This document shows, piece by piece, positions 41,595-51,335 of a stretch of DNA of 64,000 nt (within the stretch, counting starts at the first letter, position 1; the number at the start of each line of letters is the position of its first letter). The DNA is taken from NCBI GenBank assembly GCA_963840035.1, contig CAWIXE010000001.1, forward strand, positions 320,001 to 384,000, in the 5' to 3' direction. Below the pieces are notes generated by a model that worked only from the letters and a program-made list of their open reading frames with translations, searched no databases and was not told the DNA's origin. Origin of the DNA: a candidate division FCPU426 bacterium (GTDB lineage Bacteria > Oederibacteriota > PGYV01 > Palsa-1178). The position numbers were made by a program, and so were the translations under genes.

Positions 41595-42560
41595 CTACTT
41601 CTTTTTGTCCCTGCTGAATCTGGTAAAACCTGAAGCTTCAATAACTTCAAACTTGCCCAGTTTTTTCATCATCTTATCAAGCAGCACGTTCATGCCGAGC
41701 GAATCCGATGATATATGGCCGGCTATTACGGCGTTTAACTGCGCCTCTTCTATGGCTTTCTTATGGTCTGCCGAGAAATGCATGCCCACGACCGTGTCCA
41801 CGCCTTTATCGCACAGTTTTTTATAAACATCAGCCGGCCCTTCTGTCCCGCCTGTCATGTCCACGAATACTTTCTGCACCCTGCGGCTTTTATCGCCCAC
41901 AAGGATAACCGGCGGAGCGCTGCGCTTTGCGGATTCCGCGTACTCAGGCTCCTCATAAAGCATGTCCATTATGTCGGATACCCTTTTTGGCTTTTCCTTA
42001 TCAAACCTTTCCTGAAGGTATTTCACCACGCAGTTATCCGCGGGCGTATGCATGTTAAATATGGATAAGTTCAGCAGTTTTGCCGCGTCAGCTGTCTGAT
42101 AGTGGTTTGAAGGCATGAAGCGCTCGTTGACGTCCCTCATCCTTTTGGAAAGCATGGATTCGGCCGACGAGATGGTAACGCCGAATTTATTGAAGATGTC
42201 TGACTGCATGTTCATAACGTCAGTGAATCCGGCGGAGGCCTTGCCGCTGGGATGGTGCGCGAAAACAGCGTCTATCTTTTTTCCTTTTTCATTGAGCCTG
42301 TCGGCCAGCACAAGCTCGCCGACTTCCATGTCTATGCCGGCTATGACGCACTTGATATCCTTGCCCGAGTCAAATATGATGCGGGAGTCATTATAAGGGT
42401 TGGTAAGGCATTCTTCGTCAAAATACTTTTTTTCTTTTTCGGAAAGGGCTTCATATTTTTTTTTCTGGTTTTTAAGGTATTCATTAACATCCGCGGCGCT
42501 GCGCGGGTCCATGGAGATGCCTATTTCAACTGCCGCTGAGTAAAGTTGTTTTAACTTCAT
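41595..42560 (-). CDS. NIF3 (NGG1p interacting factor 3) family protein
   Basis: NPYNDSRI, AHHP, HTPADN, DMTGGTEG, IAGHISSDSLG. Confidence 0.85.
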   Translation of the reverse strand: MKLKQLYSAAVEIGISMDPRSAADVNEYLKNQKKKYEALSEKEKKYFDEECLTNPYNDSRIIFDSGKDIKCVIAGIDMEVGELVLADRLNEKGKKIDAVFAHHPSGKASAGFTDVMNMQSDIFNKFGVTISSAESMLSKRMRDVNERFMPSNHYQTADAAKLLNLSIFNMHTPADNCVVKYLQERFDKEKPKRVSDIMDMLYEEPEYAESAKRSAPPVILVGDKSRRVQKVFVDMTGGTEGPADVYKKLCDKGVDTVVGMHFSADHKKAIEEAQLNAVIAGHISSDSLGMNVLLDKMMKKLGKFEVIEASGFTRFSRDKKK

Positions 42561-42657
42561 ATCGCCTCCGGTGTTATTGTTGATAGTAGATTGTTGATTG
42601 CGGATTAAATTTCTCAATGAACCTGTTCATTAATCCGCATTCTTCAATCCAAAATCT

Positions 42658-43242
42658 TCAATTACTTACGTACTTATTTCCCTTTATCCAAAACCTCCAC
42701 TTTAAGTGAAGGCCGTTCTTTATCCCTATCCTGGAGCCGCGTAAAATAATCACTTTTTCCTTTTTTCCTTCAGCCACGTAAAGCTCGTTGCCCAGCAGTC
42801 CTGCGTGGTTTTGTTCCCTGCTAATCCCAAGCGCCTGCGTCAGTTTGCCCGGGCCGTTGGTGAGTTTTTCTATGATTGCGGTCCTGCGTAATTTTTTCAT
42901 GGTCTCAATGCCCGATACAGGCTCCAGCGCCCTGATAAGAACCGCGCCTGCTGTCCCTTCTTTTTCCGTCACTATGTTAAAGAGAAAATGGTTCCCGTAA
43001 CAAAAGTAAACGTAAGCGACAGCGGGAGGCCCGAACATTACGGAGTTTCTGGGAGTTTTACTTTTATAGGCGTGGCTTCCGGGGTCATTTTTTCCGGTGT
43101 AAGCTTCCGTTTCGACAATTTTACCGGCCAGGATTTTTCCCTTGTATTTTCTTACCAGGTATTTTCCCAGGAGGCTCCTTGCGATTGTAACCGTGGGTTT
43201 TTCATAAAACCCGGGTTTGAGCTTACGTAACTTGTTTGCCGT
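42658..43242 (-). CDS. mpg: DNA-3-methyladenine glycosylase (MPG family), apparent ACG start
   Basis: Frame extended by hand: IARSLLGKYL..GKIVETEAY..DPGSHAY..MFGPP..YVYFCYG..AVLIRALEP..NGPGKL..RIGI. Confidence 0.85.
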   Translation of the reverse strand, partial: TANKLRKLKPGFYEKPTVTIARSLLGKYLVRKYKGKILAGKIVETEAYTGKNDPGSHAYKSKTPRNSVMFGPPAVAYVYFCYGNHFLFNIVTEKEGTAGAVLIRALEPVSGIETMKKLRRTAIIEKLTNGPGKLTQALGISREQNHAGLLGNELYVAEGKKEKVIILRGSRIGIKNGLHLKWRFWIKGNKYVSN

Positions 43243-43246
43243 TTTA

Positions 43247-43693
43247 TTAACCCTTCAGCATTTCTTTTAATATGTTGTTAATCCGCCCGCCGTCAGCCCT
43301 TCCCTTGACCTTCGGCATTACCACGGCCATGACTTTTCCCATTTCTTTTATAGTCGAGGCGGCGGTCGATTTGACCGCCTCCTCAACTATTGTTTTAAGC
43401 TCGGCGTCAGAAAGCTGCTCGGGAAGGTACGCTTTAAGGATGGCCATTTCCAGCTCTTCCTTGGCGATCAAGTCTTCCCTGCCTCCCTTTCTGAAACTCT
43501 CGATAGATTCCACATGCGATTTTGCGAGCGATGCTATGACATCTATGACCTCTGTGTCGGAAAGGTCCTTCTTTTTGGCGACTTCCTTTTTCATGACCTC
43601 GGTTTTAATCTGCCTTAGGCAGTTCATCCGGGTCTCATCTTTGGCTTTCATGGCTTCTTTTAAATCGCTGTTTATCTTTTCGAGTTGAGTCAT
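43247..43693 (-). CDS. yqeY: GatB/YqeY domain protein
   Basis: DLKEAMKAKD, GGREDL, YLPEQLS, MGKVM..KGRADG. Confidence 0.9.
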   Translation of the reverse strand: MTQLEKINSDLKEAMKAKDETRMNCLRQIKTEVMKKEVAKKKDLSDTEVIDVIASLAKSHVESIESFRKGGREDLIAKEELEMAILKAYLPEQLSDAELKTIVEEAVKSTAASTIKEMGKVMAVVMPKVKGRADGGRINNILKEMLKG

Positions 43694-43697
43694 ATGC

Positions 43698-43889
43698 TTA
43701 TACCCTTCTTTTCACTTTTTTCCTTTTCTTGCTCGCTGCCCACATCTTCTGCTTGCGCTTGACTGAAGGCGGTTCATAGAATTCCCTTTTCTTCATTTCC
43801 TGGAGAATACCCGCGTCCTGGACTTTTTTCTTAAAGCGTTTCATCGCGTCGTCTAAGGACTCGTTCTCCTTGATAAGGATCTCTGTCAT
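43698..43889 (-). CDS. rpsU: 30S ribosomal protein S21
   Basis: [35 protein letters not shown]. Confidence 0.95.
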   Translation of the reverse strand: MTEILIKENESLDDAMKRFKKKVQDAGILQEMKKREFYEPPSVKRKQKMWAASKKRKKVKRRV

Positions 43890-43945
43890 TTAAATCATCA
43901 CCCGTCTTTCTATTATGAATTTAAGTTCTTTAATTCAACTTTGAC

Positions 43946-44012
43946 GTCATTGCGAGGAGCCGCTTTTATATTTATGGCGACGAAGCAATCTCTTCCTTAC
44001 AACGCAATGACA
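43946..44012. repeat. RPE-like palindromic element (short copy)
   Basis: GTCATTGCGAGGAGCCG..GGCGACGAAGCAATCTC..CGCAATGAC; related copies at 52071 and 61003. Confidence 0.75.
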
Positions 44013-44394
44013 ACTTAAAACCACACAAATAAAAAAGTAGCCTGTCAAGTATGCAAAAATCACGGGAAAACCCGCGAAATACTTAACAGACTGGTGTTAC
44101 AGGTAAATTATACACCATAGAAAACGTAAGTCAAGTTTATTCTATATTATATAGGGGCTTTTCCAGATATTTCCCACATTAAGAAACTGATTTCTTAATA
44201 TGAAACAAGCTATTTTGTTCCATATTTTAAAGGCCTTTGTATGGTTGTTTGTATAGATTTGTTCGCATCTACTAACATTTGGCGTCATCAGAAAAAAAAT
44301 TATATTTTGAGTTAAATTTGAATTCAACAGGTTAATGATGTATATTTTATACAGGGCATCCCTGAATCAAACCTATCCTTTATGGAGGTGTTTT

Positions 44395-44847
44395 ATGAAA
44401 GTTTATCTTGTCCAGCACGGCAAAGCGGCTGATGAAAAACAGGATCCCAACAGGCCGCTGACGAAAGAGGGCGTCGATGAAACAAAATCAGTGGCGCAGA
44501 TAGCGTTGATGGGCATGATAAGGCCGGCCATGATATTCCACAGCGGAAAGATCAGGGCCATGCAGACCGCGGAAATATTTGATGACGCGCTGAAGCCCTC
44601 CAGGGGCGTGCATGAACTTGATTCCATGGCTCCCAACGACGATGTTTTAAGGGCTCTCGAAGTGATAAATTCCGAGTCCATTGACATCATGCTGGTGGGC
44701 CATCTGCCGCACCTGTCAAAACTTGTTTCAAAACTGGTGACAGGGGATGAAAAAAAGAAAATTGTGTCATTTAAAAACTCAGGTATTATTTGTCTTGAAA
44801 AACAGGAGGACTCATCCTGGGCAATAGTGCCCCTGGTTTTTTATTAA
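44395..44847 (+). CDS. sixA: Phosphohistidine phosphatase SixA family
   Basis: YLVQHGKA, RPLT, SGKIRAMQTA, MLVGHLP. Confidence 0.85.
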   Translation: MKVYLVQHGKAADEKQDPNRPLTKEGVDETKSVAQIALMGMIRPAMIFHSGKIRAMQTAEIFDDALKPSRGVHELDSMAPNDDVLRALEVINSESIDIMLVGHLPHLSKLVSKLVTGDEKKKIVSFKNSGIICLEKQEDSSWAIVPLVFY

Positions 44848-44867
44848 TCCAGAATTTAGAATTAAAC

Positions 44868-46268
44868 TTACTCAATAAATATCGAGCTCTTAATTACCTT
44901 TTCCATATGGGGGTATGAGGAATACGTCGCCATAATCCTTAAATTAACCCCGTAAGTATTCCCGCTTTTTAAAATAGAACTGTATACCGCGGGGATATCC
45001 CATTCTATCGAATTCCTGCCCATCTCCAGACCCGTTGAATTGCACACCTCAACGGGTTTTACCCCGTCGTCCGGCGGGACCAGTTCAATGCATACATAAC
45101 TTTTTTCCGTGAGCATGAAATCAAACCTCAGCCTGATTACGTCCTCTATTTTTGTGCTTCTGACGGTAAAATCCCTCGCGTCGCTGCCTATCCAGAAATA
45201 TTGCGCGGATTCTTTGTCGGAAATAAATACCTGGCCGTAGTGCTTGTAAATGGCTATACCCGTCGGGTTCTCAAACTCATAGTCATTATTTCCGTATTTC
45301 CCGAACTCCGCGATGAAGCGCAGGTCAGGCGAAAATTTATATATCATGGAGTTTAAGGTGTCCACTATGTACACGTTGCCGTAATAGTCCTGTTCAAGCG
45401 TCGTTAAGAAGACATTCCTCCCGAGTATTTCATTGACCCTGATGGACTGAAGGAGGTTCCCGTTAAAATCAAATTTCTGCATCCTGTTGTTGTTGCCGTC
45501 TATTATGTAAATGCAGTTCTGCCTGTATCCGGTGTAACGCTCGCCGTCATCGCAAACACATATACCCTGAGGGTTTAGAATCCCTTTTTCCTGCCCGATT
45601 GAAGCTAGGTACCCTCCGGACTTGCCGAAAAGCTGTATCCTGTTGTTCCCGGAATCGGAAACATAAATCCTTCCTGCTGAGTCAAGCGCCACATAGGAAG
45701 GGTTGAGGAACTTCCCCTTGTCGCTGCCCTTGCCGCCGATGGTCCTTATGAATTTTACTTTTTTTCCGTTGTTATAATAGCGTACTATCCTGTTGTTTCC
45801 GGTATCGGCTATGTAAATGTCCCCGTACTCGTTGCAGGCAATGCCCTTTGGGTCAAGCATCTCTCCCTCTCCGCTTCCGCGGCCGCCAAATACGGCGAGC
45901 GTGTGCATTGACGGGTTATAAATGACCTCTCCCCTGCCGGAATTTACCCCATAAACGGTCAGCTGCCAGTCGTCCTTATCCTTGTTTATCTTGCCGTAAT
46001 CCTTAAGCAGTTTGGTGCACGCCAAATCCTGCGGCCCGTCAAAAAAAGTCCTGGTCCCGAGGAAAAGTTTTAAATGCATCTGGGTGCCTTTATGTATGCC
46101 AAAAGGGGTATGCCAGAAACTCGGGTAAATGAGGGTGGTGGGCTGGTCCATGACCGTGGTCATCTTGTTCTCGTCATCCTCCGCCGTGGAGGCTTTAGTG
46201 TCCTCCGCGAGAATAAAACAAGATGATGAAATAATCAGTGATAATATAAGCAGCAGCCTTTTTAGCAT
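44868..46268 (-). CDS. Secreted NHL-repeat protein
   Basis: Signal peptide; PKGIA..IYIADTGNNRI, IYVSDSGNNRIQLF repeats. Confidence 0.85.
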   Translation of the reverse strand: MLKRLLLILSLIISSSCFILAEDTKASTAEDDENKMTTVMDQPTTLIYPSFWHTPFGIHKGTQMHLKLFLGTRTFFDGPQDLACTKLLKDYGKINKDKDDWQLTVYGVNSGRGEVIYNPSMHTLAVFGGRGSGEGEMLDPKGIACNEYGDIYIADTGNNRIVRYYNNGKKVKFIRTIGGKGSDKGKFLNPSYVALDSAGRIYVSDSGNNRIQLFGKSGGYLASIGQEKGILNPQGICVCDDGERYTGYRQNCIYIIDGNNNRMQKFDFNGNLLQSIRVNEILGRNVFLTTLEQDYYGNVYIVDTLNSMIYKFSPDLRFIAEFGKYGNNDYEFENPTGIAIYKHYGQVFISDKESAQYFWIGSDARDFTVRSTKIEDVIRLRFDFMLTEKSYVCIELVPPDDGVKPVEVCNSTGLEMGRNSIEWDIPAVYSSILKSGNTYGVNLRIMATYSSYPHMEKVIKSSIFIE

Positions 46269-46292
46269 CCTTCACCCTGAATTGCATTTTTT

Positions 46293-46605
46293 TGTAGAGA
46301 CACAGCTTGCTGTGTCTCGCATTTAACGCCTGGAACCCAACGTCTGAGACGCAGCCATTCGATATGTATATGTCATGAGAGTATTATAGGACTCATGGCA
46401 TATGCAAGCTGCGTCTCTACAGAAAACTAAAAACACTACATTAACCGTTTATGTATTTCGTAGAGACACAGCTTGCTGTGTCTCGCCTTAACACCTGGAA
46501 TCCAACGTCTGAGACGCAGGCAAGTCTGCGTCTCTACAGAGAACTAAAAGAACACTACATTAACCGTTTATGTATTTCGTAGAGACACAGCTTGCTGTGT
46601 CTCGC
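46293..46605. repeat. REP doublet cluster (2.5 units)
   Basis: GTAGAGACACAGCTTGCTGTGTCTC x3 with partner GAGACGCAG..CTGCGTCTCTAC x2. Confidence 0.85.
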
Positions 46606-46632
46606 CTTTCAGTCCGCGTCCCTGGCAGAAAC

Positions 46633-47394
46633 CTAAAAATTATACGACAAACTAACGCCGTTCATCGCGGGCGTAAATGATACGTTCTTGGGCATGTCAA
46701 GGTTGTTTATGACTTTTCCCGTCACAATACCTATCACCGCGCCCAGAAGCACGTCCGATGGCCAGTGCGCGCCCCTGTAGATACGCGCGATCCCTGTCAG
46801 CGCTGCGGCCGGATATGTGATCCATCCTATGTCATACCTGTCGCCAATTATCGTCGCGGCCACAAATGCCGTTGTGGTATGCCCCGAAGGATACGCCGCG
46901 TCGTCAAACGTAAACCAGGTGAATGCAAGTGAGTCGTCAGTCTGCGACGGCCTTTCCCTTCCGCAGATTATTTTTATTACGTTTGTAATGGCCCCTGCCA
47001 CCGCAAGCCCTTCAACCACGCTCACGGCGGTTTTCTTTTCTTTCTCCCCGCCGAGAGAAAATAAGAGGGCGTCCCCGGCAAGTACAGTCAGACCGTCGCC
47101 GCCGCGGTTGAAAATATCAAAAAAAGTGTCTTTAAATTTATTTGGCCCTGACCTTACTGTTTTTGATATCCACAAATCGTTTTTAATCAGAAGGTAAGTG
47201 GCCGCCCCGAACCCGGCCGTAATTAATCCTGTTTTTAAAGGGTCCTCAATCACCGCGCCGCCGATAGCCTTAAAATCATCAAAAAAAACGCGGTTCCATA
47301 TGGTATCCTCCGCGAAAACAGAAGAATAAAAAAACAATAAAACCAGTATTGTTATTATTTCATACTTCAGGATAGAAGCTCCGGACTTTTTCAT
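46633..47394 (-). CDS. PAP2 family phosphatase
   Basis: KIICGRERP, YPSGH, ARIYRGAHWPSDV. Confidence 0.9.
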   Translation of the reverse strand: MKKSGASILKYEIITILVLLFFYSSVFAEDTIWNRVFFDDFKAIGGAVIEDPLKTGLITAGFGAATYLLIKNDLWISKTVRSGPNKFKDTFFDIFNRGGDGLTVLAGDALLFSLGGEKEKKTAVSVVEGLAVAGAITNVIKIICGRERPSQTDDSLAFTWFTFDDAAYPSGHTTTAFVAATIIGDRYDIGWITYPAAALTGIARIYRGAHWPSDVLLGAVIGIVTGKVINNLDMPKNVSFTPAMNGVSLSYNF

Positions 47395-47481
47395 TTGTTC
47401 TTTATGCCCCACTTTTGACTTTTGAGTTTTGACATTTGACTTTACCTGCAGCCCGCCACTCACTACCCACCACCCACTCCG

Positions 47482-48081
47482 CTATTTGTAAAGTTTCTGT
47501 TCCTTTATATACCCGCTCACCTTTGCCCCGAGCTCCTCGGTGCAGTCCTCGCCGCTTCTTAACCTGAACCTGATGTCTGTTGAGGATATGTGTATGAGCC
47601 CGGTGTGCGCCCAGAAAGCCGCGTTGGTGAGCTTCTCGAGCTTTTTGGCAATCATGTCCTTGGTAAAGCCCGCCCTGGGGAAAACTATGAAGTCTATGAG
47701 CGATACGAGCTCCTGCGATTTTTTCCATGTATCTATGTGGAAGAAGGCGTCCGAACCTATGAGAAAGTGTATTTTTGCCTCCGGGAATTCCGTCCTGAAA
47801 TGTTTTATGGTATCTATGGAGTATGATACCGACTTTTTATTTATCTCGTAATCCGAAAGTATGAAGTCCTCGTTGCCGTTTATAAGGAGCTTAACCATCT
47901 CCATCCTGTTCTCGGCGTCCATTACGTTCCTGGGTTCCTTGTGTGGCGGGATGTAAGCAGGCACGAAAAATACCTTATCCAGGTTAAACTCGGTTTTTGC
48001 TTCCTTTGCCAGGGCGTAGTGTCCCATGTGGGGAGGGTTGAAGGTCCCGCCGAATATCCCTATGTTCTTATAGTTAGCCAC
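47482..48081 (-). CDS. nadD: Nicotinate-nucleotide adenylyltransferase
   Basis: GIFGGTFNPPHMGH, PPHK, SYSIDT, IGSD, ISSTDIR. Confidence 0.95.
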   Translation of the reverse strand: MANYKNIGIFGGTFNPPHMGHYALAKEAKTEFNLDKVFFVPAYIPPHKEPRNVMDAENRMEMVKLLINGNEDFILSDYEINKKSVSYSIDTIKHFRTEFPEAKIHFLIGSDAFFHIDTWKKSQELVSLIDFIVFPRAGFTKDMIAKKLEKLTNAAFWAHTGLIHISSTDIRFRLRSGEDCTEELGAKVSGYIKEQKLYK

Positions 48082-49333
48082 GTATCTGCCCGCTTCCCCT
48101 TACTATGTACTTCTCAGAGGTAAGTTCATTTAATCCCATGGGCCCGCGCACGTGGAGCTTCTGGTTTGAGATTCCCATCTCGGCGCCGAGCCCGAATTCA
48201 AAGCCGTCGTGCAGGCGCGTCGAGGCGTTTACAAAGACAGCGGCCGAATCCACCTCGGCCTCAAAACGTTCCGCTGCTTTTTTATCCCTGGTGATGATGG
48301 CGTCTGAGTGGTGCGAGCCGTACGTGTTTATGTGGCTGATGGCCTCGTCAAGCGACGCCACAACCTTTATATTAAGTTTTAAATCATTGTATTCTTTCCT
48401 GAAATCCTCATCAGCCGCGTTTTTCGCCGTAGGAAGGAATTTTTTAGCCGCTGCTTCGGCCTTTAACTCCACATTCCCGTTTAAAAATTCCTTTTCCGCC
48501 ATAGGCAGGAATTTTTCAGCTATGTCCTTATGCACCAGCAGCGTCTCCATGGCGTTGCATGTGGAGGGCCTCTGTACCTTCGCGTTATATGATACCTTTA
48601 TTGCCATTTCCAGGTCGGCCTGCTTATCCACGTAAGTGTGGCATATGCCCGCGTCATGGTATATTACCGGTATCATGGAATTCTCCGCGACAAAATCAAC
48701 AAGCCCTTTTCCTCCGCGCGGGATTATGACGTCTATGTAGTCCTTTAATTTGAGCATCTCGGCTATCGCGTCCCTGTCCGTGGTTTCCACGACTTCGACG
48801 CACCCTTCAGGCAGCCCGGCTTTTACAAGAGCTCCGCGTATTATTTTCCCGAGGCACATGTTGGAATTATAAGCGTCGGAACCGCCGCGCAGTATCACGC
48901 TGTTTCCTGATTTAAGGGTAAGCGATGAAGCCTCCACACCGACATTGGGCCTTGATTCAAATATTATGCCGACCGTTCCCAGGGGCATCCTGACCTTCAT
49001 TACCCTCATGCCATTCGGGCGTTTTACGCTTGATGTTACCTTACCCACGGGGTCAGGCAGTTTTATGACGTCCTTAACAGACTTTATCATGGTGTCTATG
49101 TATTTGTCGTCCAGGGTAAGCCTGTCTATGAATGCTTTGGTAAGGCCGCTTTTTATCCCGGCTTCTATGTCTTTTTTATTCTCGGCGATAATTACAGCCC
49201 TGTTCTTATCAAGCTCTTCTGCTATGGTGTTTAAGGCCGCGTTCTTTACCTTGGTGGCTGTCTTCATCAGCACATAAGACGCGTCCTTCGCCCTCTTTGC
49301 CTGTTGTAGTATCTTTTCCTTAATGTCCGCCAT
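48074..49333 (-). CDS. proA: Gamma-glutamyl phosphate reductase
   Basis: IFESRPNV, IPRGG, CNAMETLLVH, VNASTR, GAEMGISNQKLHVRGPMGL. Confidence 0.95.
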   Translation of the reverse strand: MADIKEKILQQAKRAKDASYVLMKTATKVKNAALNTIAEELDKNRAVIIAENKKDIEAGIKSGLTKAFIDRLTLDDKYIDTMIKSVKDVIKLPDPVGKVTSSVKRPNGMRVMKVRMPLGTVGIIFESRPNVGVEASSLTLKSGNSVILRGGSDAYNSNMCLGKIIRGALVKAGLPEGCVEVVETTDRDAIAEMLKLKDYIDVIIPRGGKGLVDFVAENSMIPVIYHDAGICHTYVDKQADLEMAIKVSYNAKVQRPSTCNAMETLLVHKDIAEKFLPMAEKEFLNGNVELKAEAAAKKFLPTAKNAADEDFRKEYNDLKLNIKVVASLDEAISHINTYGSHHSDAIITRDKKAAERFEAEVDSAAVFVNASTRLHDGFEFGLGAEMGISNQKLHVRGPMGLNELTSEKYIVRGSGQIRG

Positions 49334-49357
49334 GTTTCATCCTTTTTGTTTTGTAAA

Positions 49358-49470
49358 ACCTTAACCCTTATCCTCATCCTTATCCTAAGCCTGTAGCTCT
49401 TGCTTTTAGATCTAAGGCTAAGTGCTAAGGGTAAGGATTAAGTATAAGGATAAGGTTCTTCCTAACCCTT
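49358..49470. repeat. Single copy of hexamer-based hairpin repeat
   Basis: CCTTAACCCTTATCCTCATCCTTATCCTAAGCCTGTAGCTCTTGC..GCTAAGGGTAAGG, homologous to the 50619 array unit. Confidence 0.8.
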
Positions 49471-49471
49471 G

Positions 49472-50593
49472 TTAAAAGAACTTCTGTATTATCTCATTTG
49501 ATATCAAAAAGCCCTTCCTGGTCAGGCTGAAGCTTTCGCCGCTTTTATTAGCCAGCCCTTCGTCCGCCAGTCTGGCTACAATATTACTATATTTTGAATA
49601 AAAATCATATTTAAAAATCCTCTCAAACTCCTTAAAATCAATCCCTTCGCAGGTACGGAGCTTGAGCATGATGTATTCTTTCCGGGAGTTTTCCGGGGTC
49701 ACGGTTTCCGTAATATCCGCCGGGTCGTCGGATTTTTTCAGCCTTTTAATATACTCCGCGGGTGACGTTGTATTTGTGTACCTTTTGCCCTGGAAAAACG
49801 AGGAAGCTGCCGAGCCTATGCCTATGTATTCCCCGGAATCCCAGTAGTTAAGGTTATGCACGCATTTCTTTCCGGGCATGGCGAAGTTTGAAATTTCATA
49901 CTGCTTGTATCCGGCTTTTTCAAGCTCTTCCGCGCCCCTTAAATACATGTGCTCTAAAACCTCTTCATGCGGCAGGTTTAAAAGCCCGCTCTCCGCCTTT
50001 TTACCGAAAGGCGTGTGTCCGTAAAGGGTCAGCATATAAAATGACACGTGCTCCGGCTTTAACTTTATCGCCTCACCTATGTTGTGGAGCACGTCAGCCG
50101 TGGACTGCCCTTCTACACCGTACATAAGGTCTATATTTATGTTCTTTATATTCTGTTTCCTTAAGAGTTCATAAGCGCTGTATATGGCCTTGGTGCCGTG
50201 TATCCTGGTGAGCTTTTCCAGGAACTTGTCGTGAAAACTCTGGCACCCCAGGCTTACCCTGTTTACATTCGCTTCCAATACCCTGGCTTTTCTTTCCGTA
50301 ATGGTCTCGGGGTTTGCCTCTATGGTGATTTCCCTGAGTTTCTTCCTTTCAACCATGCCGTATATACCGGTAAAAAGCGAATCAAGCTGCTTGTCGGTGA
50401 GCACCGTGGGCGTCCCGCCGCCGATGAATAAGGTATCGAATGATATTTCAAAATTATTCCTGTAATACTTAAGTTCCCTTAACGCGGCTTCTATGTAGTC
50501 GTCGGCCAGGTATATGACATCGTCATAAGAGGAAAAATCGCAGTACTCGCATTTTTTGACGCAGAAAGGGATGTGCAGGTAAAGGCCGGGCAT
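49472..50593 (-). CDS. hemW: Radical SAM heme chaperone HemW (HemN-like)
   Basis: LYLHIPFCVKKCEYCDF, GGGTP, IEANP, YEISNFA..HNLNYW. Confidence 0.9.
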   Translation of the reverse strand: MPGLYLHIPFCVKKCEYCDFSSYDDVIYLADDYIEAALRELKYYRNNFEISFDTLFIGGGTPTVLTDKQLDSLFTGIYGMVERKKLREITIEANPETITERKARVLEANVNRVSLGCQSFHDKFLEKLTRIHGTKAIYSAYELLRKQNIKNINIDLMYGVEGQSTADVLHNIGEAIKLKPEHVSFYMLTLYGHTPFGKKAESGLLNLPHEEVLEHMYLRGAEELEKAGYKQYEISNFAMPGKKCVHNLNYWDSGEYIGIGSAASSFFQGKRYTNTTSPAEYIKRLKKSDDPADITETVTPENSRKEYIMLKLRTCEGIDFKEFERIFKYDFYSKYSNIVARLADEGLANKSGESFSLTRKGFLISNEIIQKFF

Positions 50594-50618
50594 ATTTACT
50601 CCTTGTGTTTTATATAAA

Positions 50619-51335
50619 ACCTTAACCCTTACCCTCACCCTTATCCTTAGCCTGTAGCTCTTGCATTTAGATTTAGAGCCAGAGCCAAATGCTAAGGTTA
50701 AGAATTAAGGATAAGGGTTAAGGTGCTACTTAACCCTCACCCTTAGCCTGTAGCTCTTGCATTTAGATTTAGAGCCAGAGCCAAATGCTAAGGTTAAGAA
50801 TTAAGGATAAGGGTTAAGGTGCTACTTAACCCTCACCCTTAGCCTGTAGCTCTTGCATTTAGATTTAGAGCCAGAGCCAAATGCTAAGGTTAAGAATTAA
50901 GGATAAGGGTTAAGGTGCTACTTAACCCTTACCCTTACCCTTAGCCTGTAGCTCTTGCATTTAGATTTAGAGCCAAAGCCAAATGCTAAGGTTAAGAATT
51001 AAGGACAAGGGTTAAGGTGCTACTTAACCCTTACCCTCACCCTTAGCCTGTAGCTCTTGCATTTAGATTTAGAGCCAGAGCCAAATGCTAAGGTTAAGAA
51101 TTAAGGATAAGGGTTAAGGTGCTACTTAACCCTTACCCTCATCCTTATCCTTAGCCTGTAGCTCTTGCATTTAGATTTAGAGCCAGAGCCAAATGCTAAG
51201 GTTAAGAATTAAGGATAAGGGTTAAGGTGCTACTTAACCCTTACCCTCATCCTTAGCCTGTAGCTCTTGCATTTAGATTTAGGCCCAGAGCCAAATGCTA
51301 AGGTTAAGAATTAAGGATAAGGATTAAGGTGCTAC
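50619..51335. repeat. Tandem array of seven 96-108 bp hairpin units
   Basis: CTTAGCCTGTAGCTC at 50646, 50742, 50838, 50940, 51042, 51150, 51252. Confidence 0.95.

Noticed and set aside
50619..51335. CRISPR array or repeat-protein gene
   Set aside because: No unique spacers; stop codons in all six frames
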